DNA of 64,000 nucleotides from Desulfatiglandales bacterium (GTDB lineage: Bacteria > Desulfobacterota > DSM-4660 > Desulfatiglandales > HGW-15): contig CAXXJJ010000004.1 in the NCBI GenBank assembly GCA_963667015.2, forward strand, positions 1 to 64,000, in the 5' to 3' direction. Below the pieces are notes generated by a model. That model was not told the DNA's origin. It saw only the letters and a list, made by a program, of their open reading frames with translations, and did no database searches. Shown here in pieces: positions 1 to 9,466 of the stretch (positions are counted from its first letter, which is position 1; each line of letters starts with the position of its first letter). A program made the translations under genes and the position numbers.

Positions 1-490
1 CACCAGGTGCCAGTAGCAACAAGGCATCACTGACCCTGACCGGCTGTCCTGGTCGATTTTTCGGCAGGTAGCGATCATAATTATAATCGGCCAGCAGCAG
101 GCCTTCGGCGACGGCCTGAACTTTTTCGCCAAGCTCCGCCTTTTTCACTGCAATCTGAGATAACGCCAGGACGAACGATCCCAACTGCTTACGGGTCAGG
201 ATATTGGTCGCTTCGCTGGCGACCTGCCGCAGGTCGCTCAAGGTAAAATCCTTTTCCTTGCCCAGGCCGAGCAGCAGAACCCGCTCGGGACCACCCTTGC
301 TCACCCCGTGCAGGAGCAGAACCTCACCTTTGCAGCCAGAAAACTCTTTGCTTTTTACCGCGCGCCCAAACAGTTCATCCAGCTCTTTGCCGATCTCGAT
401 ATCGAGCTTTTTTCTGCCCTCATAAACACCTGCGACCAGGCAGGTGGTTTTCTGTTGTTCAGCCGCTCCTGTTGTTACGGAAACTTTCAT
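1..490 (-). CDS. pepA: Leucyl aminopeptidase (M17), N-terminal part; runs off the window start
   Basis: Manual translation from ATG at 490: MKVSVTTGAAEQQKTTCLVAGVYEG...EFSGCKGEVLLLH...ERVLLLGLGKEKDF...AVAEGLLLADYNYDRYLPK, the typical M17 N-terminal domain. Not in the ORF track because it is open at the edge. Confidence 0.85.
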   Translation of the reverse strand, partial: MKVSVTTGAAEQQKTTCLVAGVYEGRKKLDIEIGKELDELFGRAVKSKEFSGCKGEVLLLHGVSKGGPERVLLLGLGKEKDFTLSDLRQVASEATNILTRKQLGSFVLALSQIAVKKAELGEKVQAVAEGLLLADYNYDRYLPKNRPGQPVRVSDALLLLAPG

Positions 491-579
491 GACAATCCTT
501 TCGTTATCTGCTCAGTGATCATGCTTTGCATGACCAGTCAGTTATCATACAACCTGCCGAGCCTCTGGTTGAGAGATAC

Positions 580-757
580 TCACAATTCGCTCGACAGGTA
601 GGAATCTTCCAGCGCCTGCTGCTTCATCTTCAGGGCGATCCGTTGCCGGATGCGAGTCGGAATTTCAACATGCAGGCAGAGTGCCCGGGTTCCGAGTTTG
701 CAGGCCTGCATGCGCTGCAGGGCATTGGCGCCGGCACTCGGCAGCCAGCGGATATAA
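580..757 (-). pseudogene. 3' end of a truncated gene upstream of pepA
   Basis: The C-terminal part of ORF 580..1044 (YIRWLPSAGANALQRMQ...KMKQQALEDSYLSSEL*) reads as coding and is GC-rich like pepA. Its apparent 5' part is only the antisense of the next gene. Confidence 0.45.
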
Positions 758-2716
758 CCAGTAGACCTGGAGACTGCAGATCTGGGAAAGCAGGCTGTAC
801 CTGTACCGGGTATCAACGCTCCCGGAGCACAAAGATTAAAACTTGTTTCCGGCATTGAAGATATCTGGAAGATCATATCTGATCTGCGATGGCTTCCGGG
901 ACATCCCAGGGCCTGGCGGCCGCAATATGCCCCGGAAGTTGTGCTGACCCAGGGCTGGGGTGATCCGTCTGACCTTGCGACCCTGGCCGAGCGATTACTA
1001 AATAAGCAGGGTGTGGTGACGACACGTATCGCAGTCGAACCCACTGAAGCTGGCAGGCAGGCATTGGCCGAAATGATTCATGCAGAAAATGTTAAGATTG
1101 ATTCTTTGCCGGCCCTGCTTTTTACCGAAGCCAATGGAAAAGAAAAGCTCATGGTATTTCCATGGTGTAAAGAGGCAGGCGAACTTCATGACCTTGTAAC
1201 ATGGGACGGCATCAAGAAAGAACCACAGGACTGGCCACAGAGAATTCGCATCCAGGTCCAGCTCGAGGTTGACCCAATTATATCCCAGGAAAACACGGGA
1301 AGTACCCGTATTGCCGCCTCTGCACTGGCCGGTGGAGGAAATGTTGCAAAACAAAAATGGGTAACTCTTTTTGATCAGACGTTTCTAAGCCAGGACATCA
1401 GCCGGGATGCCATTGATATAGGATATACTGAAACCAGAAAAGATGGACATCCTGTGCTTAAAGTTATTATTGATGGCCCCAACGGTCGGCAAATCGGTCA
1501 CGACGAAGTAAGACTTGACCAGTATTCTGTTATAACTGAATGGATAAGCGCAAACATGGATAACGGACCCGGGCGAAGTTCCCAGCAGTCGGTTGACGGA
1601 GATCATCCTATTACAGGGCGGTTTCATACCCTGTCTCTCAATTCGCCTGATCTTGATGCTGAAACGGTAGAAAAGCTCGATAAGGTACGTAAAACAAAAT
1701 ACGAAAAGGCGGATACCCCTGACGGGCTTTCAGCCCTAAAGTGGTATTGCCGTGGCATCATCGATAGATTCATTGCGGCACAAACCCGGTTTGAAAATGA
1801 TCTGGCCCGAAAACTTGATTTGACAATCGGACGCAGTTTATATGGTCGTTGCATACTGGTGACTGTCCAGCGATCGGATACAAATACCAATCCCTCAACA
1901 CAGGTGGACCTGTTATATGTGGCCAATGATATTCACGGTGGAAAGGCTGCTGATTTCAACAAGGCCTCGCGTGCATTTAACATCCTATCAGGATTTGCAG
2001 CTGCAAAATTTGAAGCAGCCGCTATTCCCGGCGGGGGAACAGGTGTATTTGAATTATGGTCCAAATGCCCCGGTGACACGCAGCTCATTTATGTTGACCA
2101 TACCAATAAAAAGACATTTTTAGATATGCTGAAGGAAAAAGAATATTCCGTATCCATGATAAAATACCTCAATGAAACTGGGGGCGTGATTCTCTTCCCG
2201 ACAAATCCTGCAATCATAAATGGTGAAGCGCGATGGGGTTGGCTTGAGATAGATCCGAAGACCTACAGGGTAGTATCAAGGCTCGACAACGGGGCGGCCG
2301 GAGCCATGATAGAAAGCATAATCGGGAATCTGTTTGAACAGGCCACCAGCTATCTGGTAGGGGCTCTGGTTGGTATTGATGTGTCTTTGTGGAGTGTATC
2401 CGGTTACTCGCTTCAAATGGAGGATTATGACGCAATTTGTGAAAAAGCCAAGACCTTTGCACTTAAATCTATAAAATTTGGTGTTGCCGGGGATAACGCT
2501 GGGCCAATTTCTTTTGATTTTGGGTCTATGTCTCAGACTGGAGTTGGATTAGCTTCACCTCCAGATGGCACTAGAAAAGCTCCAGATATAGCTGAAGTGT
2601 CTTTTGGCAGGGCTGTTAAGTTTAATCTTGATATTAATGGGATTGGGTACGGCAATAATCTTCTGGGGTTTGGGAATGGCTATAAAGACGCAGTAAATTA
2701 TTATTTCTCAAAGTAA
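758..2716 (+). CDS. 5'-truncated large hypothetical protein with a degenerate transglutaminase-like segment and a Gly-rich hydrophobic C-terminus
   Basis: The frame of ORF 941..2716 is open back to TAA at 755-757 with no ATG/RBS. PEVVLTQGWGDPSDLATLAERLL resembles the transglutaminase core helix but lacks the catalytic Cys. Confidence 0.6.
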   Translation, partial: PVDLETADLGKQAVPVPGINAPGAQRLKLVSGIEDIWKIISDLRWLPGHPRAWRPQYAPEVVLTQGWGDPSDLATLAERLLNKQGVVTTRIAVEPTEAGRQALAEMIHAENVKIDSLPALLFTEANGKEKLMVFPWCKEAGELHDLVTWDGIKKEPQDWPQRIRIQVQLEVDPIISQENTGSTRIAASALAGGGNVAKQKWVTLFDQTFLSQDISRDAIDIGYTETRKDGHPVLKVIIDGPNGRQIGHDEVRLDQYSVITEWISANMDNGPGRSSQQSVDGDHPITGRFHTLSLNSPDLDAETVEKLDKVRKTKYEKADTPDGLSALKWYCRGIIDRFIAAQTRFENDLARKLDLTIGRSLYGRCILVTVQRSDTNTNPSTQVDLLYVANDIHGGKAADFNKASRAFNILSGFAAAKFEAAAIPGGGTGVFELWSKCPGDTQLIYVDHTNKKTFLDMLKEKEYSVSMIKYLNETGGVILFPTNPAIINGEARWGWLEIDPKTYRVVSRLDNGAAGAMIESIIGNLFEQATSYLVGALVGIDVSLWSVSGYSLQMEDYDAICEKAKTFALKSIKFGVAGDNAGPISFDFGSMSQTGVGLASPPDGTRKAPDIAEVSFGRAVKFNLDINGIGYGNNLLGFGNGYKDAVNYYFSK

Positions 2717-2739
2717 CATTATAAAGAGGGAGATTTATC

Positions 2740-4044
2740 ATGGATGTATTTAGCTTTAAAATGTTTCAAAAAAATATCCCGGGTATTTTGTTGTATCTTT
2801 TCATATCCATTTTCCCTTTAACGGCATTGGGTGTAGATTTTACCGCTGATATTTCGGAGACAATGCTTAATTATAATTTTACAGGGAAAATTATTGTTAA
2901 AGATGACCGTTACAAAGTCAGCATAACTCCCTCCGATTCAGGGCCTGAAGGAACTATGACCATTATTGTGAACCTGAAAAAAGGAAAAACTGTTCTTATT
3001 CCAATGAAGCCGGGAAAACCGGAGGAGTTAGATAATTTTTCCATACAGGCCTATATGGTGGATCCTCTGCAGACTTTAAAAAATCTGGAAAAAAATGCTG
3101 AGATGAGGATAGTTGGTGAAGAAACAGTAAACGGTTTTCTCTGCCGGCATTACGCTTATTACGATAAGGACTCCAAGCTTGCGGATGTATGGTATTCAAA
3201 GGATCTTGGGTTCTTTCCAGTTAAGGCCAGTATTGTAAGCGGCAGGGAGGATGAGTCTGTCAGTGCCAGGACAACTATCGGGGGTGAAAAAATAGAGAAC
3301 ACTAAAATAGAGTTGAATAATATCAAAATAGAAACCGTAGATGAATCGATGTTTAAACTGCCTTCAGGTCTGGACAGTATTGAGTCCGGTCAAAAGGCGA
3401 AACAGGAAATAACAGCAGACACCGGGACACTGAATGGCACCGCTCCCTGGGGCCGACGTATTTCCAAAGGAGGGGAGATCCGGGTGAAAACGGATCCCGG
3501 TCGTCCCCTTAAAATCGCCCTGAAATATTTCACGAATGATGCTGTTTGTAACTACACTGCAATCCCTGTGGGAAAGACTGATAAGGAACTTGAATCAATA
3601 GAAAAAAAGCACCCGGAAAAAGGAGATTTTAGAAAAGTTACATTCAGTAAGGATAAAAAAATCGAACAGATAAATTTAAGGGTCAGTGAAGGAACAATTT
3701 TTATCAAGGTTGAAAATGAAGTGGATCCCTTTGCCTTTAGCCGAGACAAAAAGCTGGAAGATGGGTATTTAACTGCAAAAGAGATAAAGGGCGTCTCTGT
3801 AGAACCTGACAGAAAGTTGATTGTTTCAGTCACAGGAGATAACCAGGATGGTCCGGATTCGGAATTTAATCTTATCTGTTATCAAAAACAATATGATGAA
3901 AAAGTTTTTGAAAAAAAATTGACAATACCAAACGGAAAGACCGAGACATGGGAATTTTCTACGAATGACAGGATAAGGACAATTGAACTTATCATAGGGG
4001 AAAGCGGAAGCATAAAATATCGGGTGGAGCAACCAGCCTTGTAG
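2740..4044 (+). CDS. Exported DUF4412-like protein with C-terminal beta-rich repeats
   Basis: Signal peptide (..LTALG|VDFTADI), GEETVNGFLCRHY...VWYSKDLGFFPVK motif, RBS GAGGGGAG. Confidence 0.7.
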   Translation: MDVFSFKMFQKNIPGILLYLFISIFPLTALGVDFTADISETMLNYNFTGKIIVKDDRYKVSITPSDSGPEGTMTIIVNLKKGKTVLIPMKPGKPEELDNFSIQAYMVDPLQTLKNLEKNAEMRIVGEETVNGFLCRHYAYYDKDSKLADVWYSKDLGFFPVKASIVSGREDESVSARTTIGGEKIENTKIELNNIKIETVDESMFKLPSGLDSIESGQKAKQEITADTGTLNGTAPWGRRISKGGEIRVKTDPGRPLKIALKYFTNDAVCNYTAIPVGKTDKELESIEKKHPEKGDFRKVTFSKDKKIEQINLRVSEGTIFIKVENEVDPFAFSRDKKLEDGYLTAKEIKGVSVEPDRKLIVSVTGDNQDGPDSEFNLICYQKQYDEKVFEKKLTIPNGKTETWEFSTNDRIRTIELIIGESGSIKYRVEQPAL

Positions 4045-4103
4045 AAAAAGGGCTTCTTCAGCTATATAGCACTACTTTTTAAATAATAAAAAGGAGAAAT
4101 AAA

Positions 4104-4577
4104 ATGAGAAAATTATTTATTACTTTAGTACTTACCATTTTATTTGCCGGAACTGTCGGTGCAGCAGATTTTAGCCAGTTTGTCGGCACATGGGTATACA
4201 CTAGCGCACAAATAGAAGAAATTACAAAAATTACAATAAAAGGCAGTGGAAAATACAATGCCCAGGTATGGGAAAAATGCAGCTCCGGAACCTGCGATTA
4301 CGGATGGCATAACTGTAATGCCATTTTTAGTACCGGAAAACTTAATTTCAGCTATGAGAGTAACAGCGATGATAAGCAGGTCTGGTTGAGGGTAACCGGA
4401 GAAAATACTTTAGAGGTAAAAGTAAATAACCAGACATATACATTCAGGCGTTTCGTGTTGACACCTGAGTCACCGAAGCCTCTTAAACCCATGGGCCGCA
4501 TTACGCCTAAGCCTGTTGACCGGGTTTACCCAACCCCTTCAACTTCGACCGATGATGAGCCGACTGGAAAATATTAA
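4104..4577 (+). CDS. Small exported beta-barrel-like protein with a Pro-rich tail
   Basis: Sec signal peptide, FVGTWV, WEKCSSGTCDYGW, RBS AAGGAG. Confidence 0.7.
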   Translation: MRKLFITLVLTILFAGTVGAADFSQFVGTWVYTSAQIEEITKITIKGSGKYNAQVWEKCSSGTCDYGWHNCNAIFSTGKLNFSYESNSDDKQVWLRVTGENTLEVKVNNQTYTFRRFVLTPESPKPLKPMGRITPKPVDRVYPTPSTSTDDEPTGKY

Positions 4578-4598
4578 TCACATGGAAAGGAATTAAAA

Positions 4599-6623
4599 AT
4601 GAAAGTTATATTTAAACTCACATTTTTATGCCTGTTTGCTCTTATTTTTTGCACTGCACCATCTGCTATTGCAGCGTCATTTTCTGCGGATATGGTGACT
4701 ATAGACGCGGGAAAAACCAAAACAGAGAAATTTTATTTTTCAGACCCCTTTTACCGGATAGAAACCCGGGAAGACAACAAACCAGTGGTTATCATCGTAG
4801 ACAGAGAAAAAAAAGTATATCGGATTTTGGACATGAAAGATAAGGTTTTTTTTGAATTGCCGTCCGATGATTTGAGGGTAATGAGCAATGACCCCTTTAA
4901 AGCCTCTGAATACATGGTAAAAAATTACGAAAGCCGTAAAGAAGGCATGGAGAAGATAAATGGCATGGAGTGTGAAAAACAGGTCGTGTTGGCCGAAAAA
5001 AAAGTTATTCATGCTGCCTGGATTTCAAAAAAACTGAATTTCCCCATAAAATTAGTGAACTACTATAAGGAAAAGGAAAAATATGTCTATGAACTGAAAA
5101 ATATCAGGCAGGGTGATTTACCAAAAAACATATTTAAAATTCCTGCCGGTTTCAAACAGAAGGAGGACCCCGCAGCAGCTGAAGAAAGAAAGCGTGAAGA
5201 ACAGAAAAAAGCAGAAGAATTATTGCCGGCCCTTACAAAGGTTGGAAGGGAAAAGGTCCCGTGTTATGTCAAAATTGCCGCCGGAGGCGAGCTGCATATT
5301 GCTATAGATACTGACAGAGAGGCCTTTCTTGAAATTATGAACACGGTAAATGAATTTTCCAAACACACCTTTTCCGAATACACCTTGATGACATACATAA
5401 AAGGAAAACCGAATGAACCTTATGATACAAGAAACAGTTCACTTGGCATAAATGAGAATAAAACATGGGATTTTAATGATGATTTTGACCGGAGGGATGG
5501 ACGTACTTTAGTTAATGAGGTTGTTATTAAGGTAAATAAAGGACTGGTAAATGCCTATATGCGCCAGAGAGGAGAAGACCGTAAGGATTTTTATAACAGG
5601 GGTAATCTCCAGAACGGTGCGGAAGTTGATCCGAAAAGACCTGTCACAGTACAAATCACCGGTGACAATCCATTCGGCTCAAAAACCACAGGAAAGTTTT
5701 TTTTAAGTCATGAGGATGGTAGCAAATCGGACGTCATCCCTTTCACTGTTGAAAACGGTAATACCCTCACATGGGACTATCCTGCGAGTAAAGGAATAAA
5801 TGGCCTGGATGTAATGATCAAAGAGGGTGATGGCCGGGCAAAGATCAGCGTAATTCAGCCTCCATCTCCTGGAGAAGCTGAAGCCAGTCAAATCGAAGCA
5901 AAAACAGTAACCGTGTTTACTGTTACCCATCCTTCCGGTGCGGGGAAACCGCTGATCCCAGGGAAGGATTTGTTAACAACTATCACTGGCAATACCGATG
6001 ATGATTCAGTTGCAATTCGATTTTTCACTGACAGGAATATGACAAAAAAGGTCGACACATTCAGTGTTAGATTAAAAATAAACCAGGCTGAATCTTTTTT
6101 TATTCCAGGTTATAAAAAAGTAGGATGGGCAATGGTAGAGGTTCATAGAGGATCCATTGATGTAAAACTGGATCAATCACCGGGAGTGAAACCTGCTTCA
6201 GACAAAAAGTTAAATCAAAAAACGAAAAAGCCAGCAGTTAAGGCTGAACCTCCGAAATCTAAATCCATGGTCAGTGATGCCCCTGAAGCAAGCCCTCCCG
6301 CTGATAAAGCTAAATCTTCTATTGTTGCAGAAGGTACTATCATCGACGGTAAAGTCCCTCTAATCAAAGGCGCCAGCGTGATAAAGGAGTTATCTATGGG
6401 CAATATGAACCAGGTTGACCTGGAAACTACTTCAAGCCCCGAAGATATCATTAATTTTTATAAGGAAACCATGAGCAAGCTGGGATGGAGAGTAGGCGCC
6501 AACATGGTGCAGGGTACCCAGGGGGTGATTCAATTCATGAATGGCAGTGGTATGTTGACCATGAAGGTTCAGGGCGGCAAGGAAAAGAGTACAATCAGTG
6601 TTGTTCTTATGACGACTAAATAG
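4599..6623 (+). CDS. Exported DUF4412-like multidomain protein, paralogue of 2740..4044, with an extra C-terminal alpha/beta domain
   Basis: Signal peptide AIA|ASFSADM, GMEKINGMECEK...WISKKLNFPIK. Shares the GGEI/L and TGDN repeat motifs with 2740..4044. Confidence 0.7.
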   Translation: MKVIFKLTFLCLFALIFCTAPSAIAASFSADMVTIDAGKTKTEKFYFSDPFYRIETREDNKPVVIIVDREKKVYRILDMKDKVFFELPSDDLRVMSNDPFKASEYMVKNYESRKEGMEKINGMECEKQVVLAEKKVIHAAWISKKLNFPIKLVNYYKEKEKYVYELKNIRQGDLPKNIFKIPAGFKQKEDPAAAEERKREEQKKAEELLPALTKVGREKVPCYVKIAAGGELHIAIDTDREAFLEIMNTVNEFSKHTFSEYTLMTYIKGKPNEPYDTRNSSLGINENKTWDFNDDFDRRDGRTLVNEVVIKVNKGLVNAYMRQRGEDRKDFYNRGNLQNGAEVDPKRPVTVQITGDNPFGSKTTGKFFLSHEDGSKSDVIPFTVENGNTLTWDYPASKGINGLDVMIKEGDGRAKISVIQPPSPGEAEASQIEAKTVTVFTVTHPSGAGKPLIPGKDLLTTITGNTDDDSVAIRFFTDRNMTKKVDTFSVRLKINQAESFFIPGYKKVGWAMVEVHRGSIDVKLDQSPGVKPASDKKLNQKTKKPAVKAEPPKSKSMVSDAPEASPPADKAKSSIVAEGTIIDGKVPLIKGASVIKELSMGNMNQVDLETTSSPEDIINFYKETMSKLGWRVGANMVQGTQGVIQFMNGSGMLTMKVQGGKEKSTISVVLMTTK

Positions 6624-6689
6624 TCCCAAATTTCTGTCCTGTTTTACAGGGTAACAAGTTGCGAGAAAAAATGGAGTGAAAATATAAAA

Positions 6690-7073
6690 ATGAAAAAGAC
6701 CTATAATTCAATAAATAGTTATGAAAATAACCGATTTAGATTTTTTTATAAAAAATCTACCTTAATATTCTTTTTTATTTTAATACTGTTTATGATTTCC
6801 ATGAGCAAAGTGCCGGTTTCCAAAGAAGACCCCATATATAAAAAATGCACCTCCCAGACAGAGCATCCCGGGCCATGGTGCTATCAGGAAGAAGTTAAAA
6901 AAATAGGCGACCCGGCTTTGTGCGAAAATATCATCAAATACTGGCCCAAAGCCACGGGTGTTCGAGGTCAGTGTTATTACGAATTAGCCAGAAAGAAAAT
7001 GGATTGTGAACTGTGCGAACGAATTAAAGACAAGGATATTAAAAAGATGTGTGAGCTGGATGTGTGTAAATAA
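6690..7073 (+). CDS. Membrane-anchored Cys-rich repeat protein
   Basis: One TM helix, then two CY..(9-10)..LCE.I repeats (CYQEEV..DPALCENI; CYYELA..DCELCERI). Confidence 0.6.
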   Translation: MKKTYNSINSYENNRFRFFYKKSTLIFFFILILFMISMSKVPVSKEDPIYKKCTSQTEHPGPWCYQEEVKKIGDPALCENIIKYWPKATGVRGQCYYELARKKMDCELCERIKDKDIKKMCELDVCK

Positions 7074-7094
7074 ATCCGGGGAAGGATAAAGCTT

Positions 7095-7937
7095 ATGAAT
7101 ACGATCGGTCTTTTAGCAGGCATTGGCTGCCTGGGAGGGGCATTTTTGATACTCCGCATGGCGAAACAGGAATTCATCAATAAACGGCTTATTGCAGCAT
7201 TGGAAATGACTGCTATCGGGAATCTGAAACCTGGGTTAAACCTCACCAGCGGTGAAGTGGCATGCCAGAATCCCGTCAAAACGCCATATACCGGAACGCC
7301 GGCTGTCTGGTACAGATATAATGCTACTAAACGTATGAAAAGCAGTTCAAGTGCTAAAATAGAAGAACGCTCCATAGGGAGCGGAAGCCTCACCTGTCCC
7401 TTTTTAATCAGAGATATAACCGGGGAGATTGAAGTGGTGGGCAATGGTGGTGACGTACCATCCTACCCACACTCCAGGGCATTGAAGTCTCAAAGCGGGA
7501 CAAGTGCTTCGTTGAAAGAACGTATGAAAAAATTGAAGGAGATAGATGCGGCAAAACAGGTCGATAACAATAAAAAACCCTTTTTTAGAAAAATAGAGGG
7601 GGGAGAAGGGATACCCCTGGATGTTCCGCCTGACCTGATAGAGATAGATCGAAACACCGAAGAAGCGGAAAAAACCGAAAAGAAATATTATGAATCATGG
7701 ATTCAGGAAGGGGATAATGTGTATGTCCTGGGAACCATGGTTAAAGATCCTGGTTCAGATTCATTGAAGATTATTAAAGCAGGAAAGAAAAGCCCGATGT
7801 TTGTTTGCAGTAATGCCGAGGACCTGGATCCATCTAAGTTTCAGTCCAATTTTATAGTAGGACTGTTTTTTGGCGTGGGGTTAGCCCTGGTGGGGGCAGT
7901 TTTGTTCCTGGCCGGTATAGGAGTTGTTGAGATTTAA
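7095..7937 (+). CDS. GIDE-domain-like membrane protein
   Basis: N- and C-terminal TM helices, TPYTGTPAVWY, PFLIRDITGEIEV, IQEGDNVYVLG. Confidence 0.6.
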   Translation: MNTIGLLAGIGCLGGAFLILRMAKQEFINKRLIAALEMTAIGNLKPGLNLTSGEVACQNPVKTPYTGTPAVWYRYNATKRMKSSSSAKIEERSIGSGSLTCPFLIRDITGEIEVVGNGGDVPSYPHSRALKSQSGTSASLKERMKKLKEIDAAKQVDNNKKPFFRKIEGGEGIPLDVPPDLIEIDRNTEEAEKTEKKYYESWIQEGDNVYVLGTMVKDPGSDSLKIIKAGKKSPMFVCSNAEDLDPSKFQSNFIVGLFFGVGLALVGAVLFLAGIGVVEI

Positions 7938-7959
7938 AATGAATTGAGTAAAATTTTTA

Positions 7960-8586
7960 GTGGAACTTCATATGACTGAAAATTATCAGAAAGGATATTC
8001 CATTGAACAGGACAAAAAATCCAAGTCCAGACGGAATACAGCCATATTGGCTATCGGGTTTTTATTAGCCGGTTTAGGGATACTGGGATATGGCGGTTAC
8101 TCCATTTATAAAGGTTATGAAAGCCTTGCATGGCCCAGAACTTCAGGCATTATAAATGATAGTTATGCGGAGCTGCAGCGCCGTCGATCATCAGGAACAT
8201 CCGGGTCCCATGACCAGTATGTGGCAAGAATACGCTACAGCTATACATTAGATGGCAGCAAAGCTTATTCTAGTAATGAAATCGGATACGGAAAAAGTCA
8301 ATACACAAGCAGGATAAAAAGTAAAACTGAAAAATATCTTCAGCAGTTTCCTGTTGGAAAATCCGTTACAGTTTTCTATAATCCGGAAAATCCAAATCAG
8401 GCGGTTTTAAAACAGGGAATAACCGGTGGGGCTCTGCTGATGGTGACAATAGGGATATTTTTTCTTCTAGCTGCATCGGCAATGTTTTATACCATGAGGA
8501 TCAAAACCGGTAAAACCTGGTACCAGGGTAAACCGCCCATTGAACCTTCAAGCTGGGGCAGGTATAACAAAAATAATAAAAACTAA
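7960..8586 (+). CDS. DUF3592 family membrane protein
   Basis: TM, WPRTSGII, IRYSYTLDG, FPVGKSVTVFYNPENPNQAVL, TM. Confidence 0.8.
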   Translation: MELHMTENYQKGYSIEQDKKSKSRRNTAILAIGFLLAGLGILGYGGYSIYKGYESLAWPRTSGIINDSYAELQRRRSSGTSGSHDQYVARIRYSYTLDGSKAYSSNEIGYGKSQYTSRIKSKTEKYLQQFPVGKSVTVFYNPENPNQAVLKQGITGGALLMVTIGIFFLLAASAMFYTMRIKTGKTWYQGKPPIEPSSWGRYNKNNKN

Positions 8587-8606
8587 ACATATGAAAGGAG
8601 TAAAAT

Positions 8607-9239
8607 ATGGTACTAACGAAAAATATTATGAGTGTTGTTGGCATAATCGCATTGTCTGCAGGTGCAGCATGGGCAGGTCCACAGATGAATCCCGGCAAAT
8701 GGGAAATAACCACAAAGACAGAAATGGCTGGAATGCCGGCTCAATCCCTTACTCATACCCAGTGCATTACAAATGATGACCTGGTTCCCATGAGCGGGGA
8801 TGCAAACAACAACTGTAAGGTTAAAAACATGAAAACTTCAGGTAACACCGTGTCCTGGGAAATGACATGCGAAGGACAGGGCGGAGGTATGGATGGAACC
8901 GGAGAGGTTACCTATACCGGTGATACCATGGAAGGCAAGATGGAGATGAAGATAAGAGGTATGGATATGAAGGTAAAAAATACCCTCTCCGGTAAGCGTA
9001 TCGGACCCTGTGACGGGCAGTCATCAGCCCCGACATTCAGCAGTGCTGCACCTGTTCAGACATCCGCATCTCAAGAAACTACAGAACAGACAACATCTGA
9101 AAATCAGTCAAAGGTCGGAGAAACTCTCACGCAGGATGCCAAGGATGTTGGTCAGGCTGCCAAGGATGAAGCCAAACAAAATACTGTTGAAGAGGTCCGA
9201 AAGGGTGTAAGGGGATTTTTTAAGAAGGTATTTGATTAA
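8607..9239 (+). CDS. DUF3617 family exported protein
   Basis: AWA signal, MNPGKWEITTKTEM, TQCIT, CKVKN..GNTVSWEMTC, GKRIGPC. Confidence 0.8.
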   Translation: MVLTKNIMSVVGIIALSAGAAWAGPQMNPGKWEITTKTEMAGMPAQSLTHTQCITNDDLVPMSGDANNNCKVKNMKTSGNTVSWEMTCEGQGGGMDGTGEVTYTGDTMEGKMEMKIRGMDMKVKNTLSGKRIGPCDGQSSAPTFSSAAPVQTSASQETTEQTTSENQSKVGETLTQDAKDVGQAAKDEAKQNTVEEVRKGVRGFFKKVFD

Positions 9240-9270
9240 CAACAGTGTTAGACAATTTTAAATCGACTGG

Positions 9271-9319
9271 ATTCCCCGACCCCCTTAAATAATACGTGCC
9301 CTTCATCAAGTCGGGGAAT
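9271..9319. repeat. Short inverted repeat ATTCCCCGAC / GTCGGGGAAT (REP-like or terminator)
   Basis: Perfect 10-bp arms at 9271-9280 and 9310-9319. A related remnant occurs at ~20561-20583. Confidence 0.5.
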
Positions 9320-9326
9320 AACTGAT

Positions 9327-9356
9327 TTGCCACTTTGGATGGTTAATAGTTATAGT
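9327..9356 (+). promoter_or_regulatory. Putative sigma70 promoter of the radical SAM operon
   Basis: TTGCCA-N18-TATAGT. Confidence 0.45.
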
Positions 9357-9363
9357 GCTGAAG

Positions 9364-9428
9364 AGAAGAGAGATATATTGGAATGATTGAATATGATGTG
9401 TAAAAACATTCCAATGTATCTCACTTCT
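9364..9428 (+). promoter_or_regulatory. 22-bp inverted repeat in the 5' UTR of the radical SAM gene
   Basis: AGAAGAGAGATATATTGGAATG (9364-9385) against CATTCCAATGTATCTCACTTCT (9407-9428): 20 Watson-Crick pairs, 1 G-U, 1 mismatch. Confidence 0.7.
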
Positions 9429-9466
9429 GAAGCCTCTTAAGTAATCTCATATAATGGGAGGCCTCT

